Assembly: GCA_045577655.1 (NCBI GenBank)
Contig: JAZNIU010000003.1
Coordinates: 1-63,657, forward strand
Reading direction: 5' to 3'
Origin: Clostridia bacterium
GTDB taxonomy: Bacteria > Bacillota > Clostridia > RUG12999
DNA length: 63,657 bases
Position numbers and translations under genes: made by a program. Below, one piece after another: positions 8,258-15,423 of the stretch. The notes under the pieces are model-generated. The model was given only the letters and a program-made list of their open reading frames with translations, searched no databases and was not told the origin of the DNA. Positions within the stretch are counted from its first letter, which is position 1; the number at the start of each line of letters is the position of its first letter.

Positions 8258-10726
8258 TCAAAAGTAAAGATTATCAATCAGCCCGTATTTAATTTTTATT
8301 CTTTCAAGCTTGTCTATCATGGGCATCGATATAACCCACAGGAAAGAGGCGGTAGAAAACGCATGGATTAAATCAAAGGACAGCCCCGCGATGTAGGAAG
8401 ATAAAATCATCTCGGAGGTGATTTTGCTCTGCCACATAATAACTGATGCAGGGTTCATTATCCCGCCATATATAATAAAGGTTGCAATAAACCCGAAAAT
8501 ACAAAGAGACATTTTAGTCTTTCTGACAAATCCCTTTCTGAAAACAATTCCCGCAATAAACCCTATAATTCCAAAAGCAAACATCTGCCACGGTGCCCAC
8601 GGCCCCTGACCAAACAAAAAGTTTGAAACAAACCCCGTAACTGCGCCTACCAGAAACCCTGTTTCTCCTCCGAAACACACACCTGCAATTATCACAAGAG
8701 CCACAACGGGTTTAAACTGCGGAAGCATAAAAAACGCTGCTCTGCCAATGACCGCAATGGCACATAATACGCTTATCGCTATAAGCTCTCTTGCTTTTGG
8801 TTTTCTGGACTCAAACACCATTAGAAAGGGGACCATCGTTTCAAGAATGATGAGCAAACTTATAAAAAAATACTTTCTGTCCCCAAAAAAAGATATTCCG
8901 GCATAAATTGTAAATGGTATTAAAACCAGTATAAGAAGCGTTGCCATAAGTGTCCTTTTGGACAGTTTTTGTGTTTGCACCACATCAACATCAATTTCTT
9001 TTTTCGGTTTCTCCTCCCGTGGTTTTTGAAATTCCATCTTCCGATCTTTTCTTTCTCTTTTTTCTACCTTACCGCCACAAGCAAGTATAATGTCTTCCGC
9101 TAAAACTGCATCCGGAAGACAAGTTCTCGCCATTCGGTTTGCAGATGTGGTATAAAAATTCTTGCCCTTGAAAAACTCTCTCGGTCTGCCAACTGATGTA
9201 ACCTTGCCGTCAAACATAAGAGCGCATCTGTCAGCATACTGTGCACAAAATTCTATATCGTGCGACACCATAATAATTGTAACGCCGCTTGCTTTTAAAT
9301 CGGAAAGAATATCTGCAAATTCTTCTTTGAAGTGTGCATCCATTCCTTTTGTCGGCTCGTCAAGCAGCAGTATTTCAGGCTCCATAAGAAGCATTTTTGC
9401 AAGTGCAGCCCGTTGCTGTTCACCGCCTGATAAATCATAAGGATGACTTCCCAGAAGATGTTCAATTCTACAAAGTACAGCTATATTATATACCTTTTGT
9501 TCTTTTTCTTCTTTGGTAAGCTTTCTTTCTGACAAAATTTCCATCAAATCAAGATAGACCGTTTTCTTTACAAACACACTTTGCGGATTCTGTGGAAGAA
9601 CTCCCAAAAGTCCGTCATACAAATTTTTGATTTTCGAAATGGGTTGTCCTTTTACTTTAACTTCCCCTCTGTATGGTGTGTTAAGACCTGATATGAGCGA
9701 AAGTGCCGTTGTCTTTCCGGTGCCGTTACCACCAACAAGGCAAAACAACACGCCTTTATTGATACTCAAATCAAACCCCTTTATAACATCAGGTAAGTCC
9801 TTTTCATATCTGAACCATGCATCCTTAATTTCAACAACAGTTTCTCTGTCCTCTTGCAAAACATCTTTTGGAATAATATCAGGATTTAATGTATGCTCAT
9901 TTGAATATTTCTCAAGCCAATCTCTGCCATCTCTTACCGTTAAGGGACAAGATAGCGAGTTTTCCACTTGGCCGTGAACTCTCACAGGAGTGGGCAGAGA
10001 CTTATACATATCATGATTTTTTTCTTTCAATTTTCTGCCGACTTTTTCAGCAGCTTCGTCAATGATGATTTTGCCGCCGTCCATAACGATAACTCTGTCC
10101 GCCAAAGGGAAAGCATCTTCCAACCGATGTTCAGTGAGAATAATGGTTGTTCCAAGCTCGCGGTTAATCTTTTCAATCATTTTTAAAAACTCGGCAGAAG
10201 AAATAGGGTCAAGCTGGCTTGTAGGCTCGTCAAGTATAAGCACCGACGGCTGCATAACCATAACTGATGCAAGATTTAAAAGCTGTTTCTGCCCGCCTGA
10301 AAGCTCGTCAACATTTTTATAAAACCAGGACTGCAAACCGAAAAACGACGCCATTTCGGCCACTCTCGTTCTTATTTCATTCTGCCCCATTCCAAGACTT
10401 TCAAGTCCAAACGCAAGCTCGTGCCACACCTTGTCGGTCACAATCTGATTGTCGGCCGACTGCATTACAAAGCCAATTTCCGCCGCCTGTTCTTTAGCGT
10501 CACATTCCGCAAGAGGTTTGGCGCCGAAAAAGATATTCCCCTCTTTTTTCCCAAAAGGCGCAAGTGTTGATTTAAGCAGTCTTAAAAGAGTGGTCTTGCC
10601 GCATCCCGATTTGCCGCAGACAAGAACAAACTCCCCTTGCTTGACAGTAAAGTTTATATCTTGAAGTGCTTTATCCGTTCTGTTCGGATAAGTAAAACTT
10701 AAATTTTCGACCTTAAAGCTTTCCAT
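8258..10726 (-). CDS. ECF transporter ATPase with two ABC domains (EcfA-EcfA') fused to a C-terminal S-component-like membrane domain
   Basis: There are two Walker A motifs (GKSGCGKTT, GGNGTGKTT) and two signature/Walker B pairs (LSGGQKQ...LILDEPTSQLD; LSGGEQQR...LLLDEPTKGMD). A lysine/glutamate-rich linker follows, then about 230 aa with about 6 TM segments (ISVLCAIAVIGRAAFFMLPQFKPVVALVIIAGVCFGGETGFLVGAV...). Start is taken at MESFKV (ATG 10724-10726, RBS GGAGGTGA) and overlaps the end of ecfT. Confidence 0.8.
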   Translation of the reverse strand: MESFKVENLSFTYPNRTDKALQDINFTVKQGEFVLVCGKSGCGKTTLLRLLKSTLAPFGKKEGNIFFGAKPLAECDAKEQAAEIGFVMQSADNQIVTDKVWHELAFGLESLGMGQNEIRTRVAEMASFFGLQSWFYKNVDELSGGQKQLLNLASVMVMQPSVLILDEPTSQLDPISSAEFLKMIEKINRELGTTIILTEHRLEDAFPLADRVIVMDGGKIIIDEAAEKVGRKLKEKNHDMYKSLPTPVRVHGQVENSLSCPLTVRDGRDWLEKYSNEHTLNPDIIPKDVLQEDRETVVEIKDAWFRYEKDLPDVIKGFDLSINKGVLFCLVGGNGTGKTTALSLISGLNTPYRGEVKVKGQPISKIKNLYDGLLGVLPQNPQSVFVKKTVYLDLMEILSERKLTKEEKEQKVYNIAVLCRIEHLLGSHPYDLSGGEQQRAALAKMLLMEPEILLLDEPTKGMDAHFKEEFADILSDLKASGVTIIMVSHDIEFCAQYADRCALMFDGKVTSVGRPREFFKGKNFYTTSANRMARTCLPDAVLAEDIILACGGKVEKRERKDRKMEFQKPREEKPKKEIDVDVVQTQKLSKRTLMATLLILVLIPFTIYAGISFFGDRKYFFISLLIILETMVPFLMVFESRKPKARELIAISVLCAIAVIGRAAFFMLPQFKPVVALVIIAGVCFGGETGFLVGAVTGFVSNFLFGQGPWAPWQMFAFGIIGFIAGIVFRKGFVRKTKMSLCIFGFIATFIIYGGIMNPASVIMWQSKITSEMILSSYIAGLSFDLIHAFSTASFLWVISMPMIDKLERIKIKYGLIDNLYF

Positions 10727-11586
10727 TTTCTCACCTCCCAAAGTTCAATTATTATAGGACATATACAAAGAAGCAAATATGATAAAAATACACTTATTCC
10801 AAAGACAGAAACATCTGCCCATTGTACAGACGGGAAGAAATTGAAATCTATTTCTCCCATTAAATTCCCCACAAATGTATATACACCCAAAAGTAAAATG
10901 CAAATAAGTGCCTTCCTGTCCCGTTTATCAAAAGTAAAAATCGAAAAGGAACTTCTACCGGGCAATCCATACCCGCGCGCCTTCATACTGTCTGCCGTTT
11001 CGATGGAATTTTCAAGCGCCCACGTTGTCATAACCGACAAAATATTAAGTCCGTTCTTTGCACGTTTGATAATGCTGCCGCCCGAAACATCACGCCCCAT
11101 ACATTTCTGTGCATTTGTCACCACTTTAAGCTGTGCCGCAAATCTTGGCACAAAACGAAGTGTCATGGAAAAAACAAGCGATATGGCGGGAATGATTTTG
11201 CCAAACAAATAGATGAACTTGTCGCTTGTCATAACCTCGTTGTAACAGGAGAAATGGCAGATAACGCTCGCTATCATCACAGCTGCGCACACTCCGTAAA
11301 TAATTGATTCAAGCGTCAGCGGATTTCCGCTTGGCAGATATCCTATAACAGTAACACCCTCGTGATTGAAAAGTGGGTTTATAAGCGCCATCGCAACCAC
11401 CATAGGAATCATATATATCAAGTTTATCTTAATTGCTTTTTTGCCTTTTAACATTACGGAATATGTAAAACCACAAGCAAGTGAAATACACAGGCACACC
11501 GGATGCATAAAAAAGCAGGAAAATCCAATTACAAATACAAAATATATAAAATTCACAATCGGATGGTAGGTTTTAAATTCGTTCAT
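10699..11586 (-). CDS. ecfT: energy-coupling factor transporter transmembrane (T) component, CbiQ/EcfT family
   Basis: 295 aa polytopic membrane protein containing the ARG-type coupling motif region (ADSMKARGYG). It sits directly upstream of, and overlaps, the ECF ATPase gene. Confidence 0.8.
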   Translation of the reverse strand: MNEFKTYHPIVNFIYFVFVIGFSCFFMHPVCLCISLACGFTYSVMLKGKKAIKINLIYMIPMVVAMALINPLFNHEGVTVIGYLPSGNPLTLESIIYGVCAAVMIASVICHFSCYNEVMTSDKFIYLFGKIIPAISLVFSMTLRFVPRFAAQLKVVTNAQKCMGRDVSGGSIIKRAKNGLNILSVMTTWALENSIETADSMKARGYGLPGRSSFSIFTFDKRDRKALICILLLGVYTFVGNLMGEIDFNFFPSVQWADVSVFGISVFLSYLLLCICPIIIELWEVRKWKALRSKI

Positions 11587-11616
11587 ATCATCTTTGCCTC
11601 TTTTTTCACGACATAA

Positions 11617-12246
11617 TCAGTCAATATCTTTGCCTAAATCACAAGTATATATAAATTCAATTTCATCCCCATTATTCAATATGTATTGTGAACATCCATA
11701 ACCGGGCACTTTCCCGTTCACTTTATATATCCACCCCGAAAGGTCTCCGCAATCGCGTTCATACAGATTTGAAATTCCTTTTATATACACTGTATTATAC
11801 ATCGGCACATTCACAAAATCAATATGTATACGTTTTTTCTTTAATTCTCGCGTTAAAACATTAAAAACACTTTCTCCCTCGTAAAAAACAATCCCTGTTT
11901 TAGAAAAAATTATTCCGTCTTGGGGCAGAATCTCTGCTTTCTCCTTACTGAGCTCATCTATTTTTTCTAAAGCGGTATCACATCTTACTGACAAGCTGCA
12001 CCCAACTATATTTTCCTCTGCCTCGTCAGTGTCGTTACTAATGTTTATTACATTCTCAATATTATCTGTTTCAGATTTTTCTGTTTCATAATCATCAACC
12101 TTTTCAACAACAGCATCCAACAAACTTTCGTCTGTAGAATGCGCTGTTATACCTGTTTCGGTATCTGCAGGAATGTTTACATTGTCACAAGAAATAACCG
12201 AAAGGGCTATAAGCAAACAAATAAATATAACTAATATTTTCTTCAT
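11617..12246 (-). CDS. DUF4430 (transcobalamin beta-domain-like) lipoprotein
   Basis: Lipoprotein signal MKKILVIFICLLIALSVISC, an acidic linker, then a DUF4430-type module ending ...GDLSGWIYKVNGKVPGYGCSQYILNNGDEIEFIY. It overlaps the upstream gene by 4 nt. Confidence 0.7.
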   Translation of the reverse strand: MKKILVIFICLLIALSVISCDNVNIPADTETGITAHSTDESLLDAVVEKVDDYETEKSETDNIENVINISNDTDEAEENIVGCSLSVRCDTALEKIDELSKEKAEILPQDGIIFSKTGIVFYEGESVFNVLTRELKKKRIHIDFVNVPMYNTVYIKGISNLYERDCGDLSGWIYKVNGKVPGYGCSQYILNNGDEIEFIYTCDLGKDID

Positions 12247-14621
12247 AACAATTTTGCCCTGCCAAGCATATTATAAAGCATTTGAGCTACATCTGCTCTG
12301 GTTATCTCCTCTTTTGGTTTTACCTCCAAAGCACTTTTGTCTATTATTTCCTCGTTATAGCAAAATGCAAGTGCAGCCATTGCCCACTCGGATGTTTGTA
12401 TATAGTCAGAAAACTCAGCCAATGTGTTTCTTATTCCTGTCTCGCTTGTATCTTCTTTCATGCCACAAAGCTTGGCAGCTCTAAGAATCATTGTAACAGC
12501 TTCTTCTCGTGTAATTTTCCCGTACGGGTTAAATTCATTTTCTGATACGCCGTTAACTATGCCATATCCATAAGCCGTGTTAACATATCTGTTAAACCAG
12601 TCATCCTGTGCCACATCATCAAATGTCCCGCCAATCTTTTCCGGCAAACCTAATGATCTTACTACAATTGCAGCAAATTCAGCACGAGACATTGTTTCGT
12701 CAGGACAATAATTTTTTTCGGTTTTTCCATTTATAATTCCTCTTGCCGCAAGCTCTTCAATAGCTTTCTGCTGCTGATGACTCTCTAAATCCTCAAAAGA
12801 CTTTTCTTCAAAAATTATTGGCAGAATTTTTACATCCTCATTTTTACCAATTAAGCCCTGTGGACTTTTGTCGGCAACCTCCTGCTCTTCTTTTTCGTCA
12901 TTTTCTTTTTCAGTTTTCACACTTGACGAACCACCGCCTCCAGACGGAACATAAACAACTTCCCTTGTTGCTCTTGCCTCATTCATAGGACAGTCTTTAA
13001 AATCATAAGCCATTTTTCCGCTGCTTAGCAATTTCCAAGCCACAAGCCCCCTTAATCCCTGCTCTGTTCCAAAAGAATTGTCTGCAGGCAAAAAGCCATC
13101 AGCAGACTCATTGCTATACTTCATAAGCCCATCAATCAGAGTCTTTCCATCTTTTATAACGGTTTCAGGATCTACCTCAACAGCCGAAAGTCCAACTATT
13201 GCAAGACCTGTAGATGCAGCATTTCCCATTGACCCATCGCTGCCCTGAAATGCCTTTATAAGTTCTACCGTCTCGCCGATAATTTCTTCATCTGTATCAT
13301 AGTAAGGGGCAAGAGCACGAAGCATCGGTGCTGCTCCATCAATTCCCCATGTTGTGTCCTGCCAGGAATCTTTGCTTGCAATCGCAGCATCTAAAAGAAT
13401 TTCTATTATTTCCTGCGATGCATAATTTTCTCCCTGCTCGAGAGCAATTAAAACATACGGAAGTGTATATTCATAGTATGGTACCGCAACCGATTCCTCG
13501 TTAATAAGAGATGTGAGTTTTGCCACAATATCAAACCTAAGACCGCTTTTTTTATAAGTATTTTTCGCGTCATATCCTAACGCGCGAAGTGCAATAATAG
13601 ATTTTGCAAGATCCCCGTGCGAAACAGAACTATCGGCAAATTCAATTATCTTGTCAATACAATTTTGCTTTTGTGAAGCTGAAAAAGCATATTCACTTTC
13701 AGGATATATTTTTAGATAGTCAGAAAAATCTGCTGCAAACCAATAGAAATTCCCATCATTTACTATACTATCTGTAAGATATTTCTCCACGATATTATGC
13801 ATCTGCTCTTCCGGGTCTGCATGATTTAAATCAACTTCCGGCTCATCCGTAGGCGGAACAACGGGAATGTCTGTCGACGGGCTGTCATCATCACCTACTG
13901 TAATCAGACAGACGGGTGCTTCAATGGCAGTAACTGTTTCATCATTAACCAGCTTTGTTTTAACTGCTGAAACAACATATTCTCCATTTTCGTTAAAAAC
14001 AAGCGATGTTTTTCCATCTGCATCTGTAACATTTTCGGTCAGTGCTCCGTTTATGGTTACTACAGCATCTGTGCAAGCAACAAAGGATAATCCGGAAGCG
14101 GTATATTGGGCCTGTGACAATACTAAATCTACAGTTTCTCCTAATTGAACATTGACCTTGCTTCTGTCAAATCGTGTATAGACTTCCATATCCAAGCCGC
14201 CACTTTTATTTATGCAAAACTCTATACAGTCGCCATTCTCAATCTCATGGTTCGGACCATACACTTCTTCCTGTCCAAAATTCACCTGATACATAAAGTT
14301 TTTACTTGTATCGCCCCAAAATTTTGAAACACTTAGACCGTAATTGTCCATTTGTGTTTCATAACCGGTCAATCCTGATTCGAATAGGTTCTCGTGCACA
14401 TTTTTGAAAACATCATCCAGCACGTAACTATCTTTGCCTGAAAGTTCAACCAAAGTCATTGCAACAATACTGTCATTTTTATCCTTTATAAATTCTCCGT
14501 ATTTGCTTATTGTAACATATACACTAATTGTATTTTGCTCACTGTTCTCCGCAAGAACAACACTAAAAAGTGAAGCAAAAATCATCACTACGCTTAAAAT
14601 CAAAGATATAATTTTTTTCAT
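12243..14621 (-). CDS. SLH-anchored cell-surface protein with N-terminal DUF4430 module, Ig-like region and alpha/alpha-toroid (prenyltransferase/terpene-cyclase-like) region; putative corrinoid-capture protein
   Basis: 792 aa, in order from the N-terminus:
- Signal peptide (..FSVVLA/EN).
- DUF4430-like module ending GPNHEIENGDCIEFCI.
- A beta-rich segment.
- A Pro/Asp/Glu linker.
- About 270 aa with repeats such as FQGSDGSMGNAASTGLAIVGL and GFLPADNSFGTEQGLRGLVAW.
- A Gly/Ser/Glu linker.
- Three SLH repeats (ARGIINGKTEKNYCPDETMSRAEFAAIV; YGIVNGVSENEFNPYGKITREEAVTMI; ...KPKEEITRADVAQMLYNML).
It is the first gene after the cobalamin riboswitch. Confidence 0.7.
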   Translation of the reverse strand: MKKIISLILSVVMIFASLFSVVLAENSEQNTISVYVTISKYGEFIKDKNDSIVAMTLVELSGKDSYVLDDVFKNVHENLFESGLTGYETQMDNYGLSVSKFWGDTSKNFMYQVNFGQEEVYGPNHEIENGDCIEFCINKSGGLDMEVYTRFDRSKVNVQLGETVDLVLSQAQYTASGLSFVACTDAVVTINGALTENVTDADGKTSLVFNENGEYVVSAVKTKLVNDETVTAIEAPVCLITVGDDDSPSTDIPVVPPTDEPEVDLNHADPEEQMHNIVEKYLTDSIVNDGNFYWFAADFSDYLKIYPESEYAFSASQKQNCIDKIIEFADSSVSHGDLAKSIIALRALGYDAKNTYKKSGLRFDIVAKLTSLINEESVAVPYYEYTLPYVLIALEQGENYASQEIIEILLDAAIASKDSWQDTTWGIDGAAPMLRALAPYYDTDEEIIGETVELIKAFQGSDGSMGNAASTGLAIVGLSAVEVDPETVIKDGKTLIDGLMKYSNESADGFLPADNSFGTEQGLRGLVAWKLLSSGKMAYDFKDCPMNEARATREVVYVPSGGGGSSSVKTEKENDEKEEQEVADKSPQGLIGKNEDVKILPIIFEEKSFEDLESHQQQKAIEELAARGIINGKTEKNYCPDETMSRAEFAAIVVRSLGLPEKIGGTFDDVAQDDWFNRYVNTAYGYGIVNGVSENEFNPYGKITREEAVTMILRAAKLCGMKEDTSETGIRNTLAEFSDYIQTSEWAMAALAFCYNEEIIDKSALEVKPKEEITRADVAQMLYNMLGRAKLL

Positions 14622-14794
14622 TTTTCTTCCTCCTTTTTCTGCTTTGTTTTTTATTTTTCTTCACCTCCGCAACCGCAGGAAACAAAAAAACTGCGGCAAT
14701 TTTCCTTTTTGAAAATTACCACAGCTGAGTTTTTCTGTGATGAATCACAATTTGTTTGCATAGAAAGATATGCCCTTACCTCTAAAAGATAAAC

Positions 14795-14843
14795 GCAAAC
14801 AAAAACGCCATTCCTATGCAAATAAGCACGTACGGAATAACAT
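14795..14843 (-). terminator. intrinsic terminator forming the expression platform of the cobalamin riboswitch
   Basis: Minus strand: TTATTCC-GTAC-GTGC-TTATTT-GCAT-A-GGAATGG, followed by CGTTTTTGTTTGCGTTTATCTTTT. It lies directly 3' of the B12 box. Confidence 0.5.
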
Positions 14844-14844
14844 C

Positions 14845-15045
14845 AAAGCAGGTCTTGTGACTCGCGCCATATAGACAAAAGTTCGCATTTTTGCGCCCTG
14901 CCTTCTCAGTTTCCCAATGACTATCTTTCGATAACGGACGTAAAAACTTCGGCGCACACACCGACAGTTATCGCAGGGGATTCTCACCCCATTCCCTTTT
15001 CACCGACTATGCCCAACGCGGCATAACCGACACTCTGTGTGATTG
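14845..15045 (-). promoter_or_regulatory. cobalamin (B12) riboswitch
   Basis: The minus strand carries the conserved core ...GGTGAAAAGGGAATGGGGTGAGAATCCCCTGCGATAACTGTCGG... and a B12 box GAGTCACAAGACCTGC (14863-14848). CGATAAC/GTTATCG closes an internal stem. Downstream genes (DUF4430 proteins, ECF components) fit B12 regulation. Confidence 0.75.
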
Positions 15046-15064
15046 TATTAAATTTTACCTGTTT

Positions 15065-15093
15065 ATTTTAACATATTTCTGCAAAAAAATCAA
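15065..15093 (-). promoter_or_regulatory. sigma-A-type promoter of the riboswitch-controlled operon
   Basis: Minus strand: TTGATT (15093-15088), a 17-nt spacer, then TAAAAT (15070-15065), about 20 nt upstream of the riboswitch. Confidence 0.5.
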
Positions 15094-15114
15094 TAAGAAA
15101 TAATTTTATGAATT

Positions 15115-15144
15115 AAAAAAGCCCTGAAAATCAGGGCTTTAAAA
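15115..15144. terminator. terminator-like hairpin (H0) flanking the tandem repeat
   Basis: AAAGCCCTGA / AAA / TCAGGGCTTT, with A-runs on one side and T-runs on the other, so it is usable on either strand. Confidence 0.6.
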
Positions 15145-15151
15145 TTTAAGT

Positions 15152-15228
15152 TATACTCGGCTTGCGGTACCCGATATTTGATTTCGCCGCTAAAGCATCT
15201 CATCCACTGTCGACCGCTGCGCAATAAA
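15152..15228. repeat. conserved non-coding unit 1 of a tandem pair (candidate structured RNA, orientation unresolved)
   Basis: The 77-nt unit TATACTCGGCTTGCGGTACCCGATATTTGATTTCGCC...ACCGCTGCGCAATAAA aligns without gaps to 15306-15382. Blocks CGGCTTGCG, CCCGAT.TTT.ATTTCG and ACCGCTGCGCAATAAA are conserved. Confidence 0.6.
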
Positions 15229-15266
15229 CAGTTTTACTACTTCTGCCGCAGGCAGCGCAAAATCAG

Positions 15267-15298
15267 AAAAACGCCGTTGCTTCTGCTTTGGCGTTTTT
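15267..15298. terminator. terminator-like hairpin (H1) between the two repeat units
   Basis: AAAAACGCC / 14-nt loop / GGCGTTTTT, symmetrical with an A-run and a T-run. Confidence 0.6.
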
Positions 15299-15305
15299 AT
15301 CTTAA

Positions 15306-15382
15306 TGTACCCGGCTTGCGATGCCCGATGTTTCATTTCGGCGTCAAGCCGCCTTATGCTCCATCTACCGCTGCGCAATAAA
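15306..15382. repeat. conserved non-coding unit 2 of the tandem pair
   Basis: TGTACCCGGCTTGCGATGCCCGATGTTTCATTTCGGCGTCAAGCCGCC...ACCGCTGCGCAATAAA. It lies 154 bp from unit 1 and is roughly three quarters identical in my hand alignment. An internal stem CGGCTTG/CAAGCCG is possible. Confidence 0.6.
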
Positions 15383-15423
15383 ATTATTCACTTCACCGTC
15401 CACTGGACGCGTGAATAATTTTA
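15381..15423 (-). terminator. intrinsic terminator after guaA (H2)
   Basis: AAATTATTCAC / 19-nt loop (itself containing CGTCCA..TGGACG) / GTGAATAATTT. It starts in the guaA stop codon and is followed on the minus strand by TTTTATT. Confidence 0.65.

Noticed and set aside
15152-15228. On the minus strand, repeat unit 1 has a T-box-like string: ATCGGGTACCGCAAG versus GGGTGGTACCGCG.
   Set aside because: There is no Stem I, specifier loop or AG bulge. The unit is far too short, and no aminoacyl-tRNA-related gene lies downstream.
15178-15381. The track lists ORFs of 67 aa (+) and 62 aa (-) spanning the tandem repeat.
   Set aside because: The two repeat copies are read in different frames, so the nucleotide conservation is not reflected at the protein level. 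There is no RBS, and the region is full of terminator hairpins.
15306-15382. On the minus strand, repeat unit 2 superficially resembles a fluoride (crcB) riboswitch: GATGG...ATAA...GGCG-loop-CGCC...AAATGA.
   Set aside because: The resemblance is not shared by unit 1, which lacks the GATGG/ATAA arrangement and the GGCG/CGCC hairpin. No fluoride-related gene follows, and the 3' pseudoknot partner is missing.
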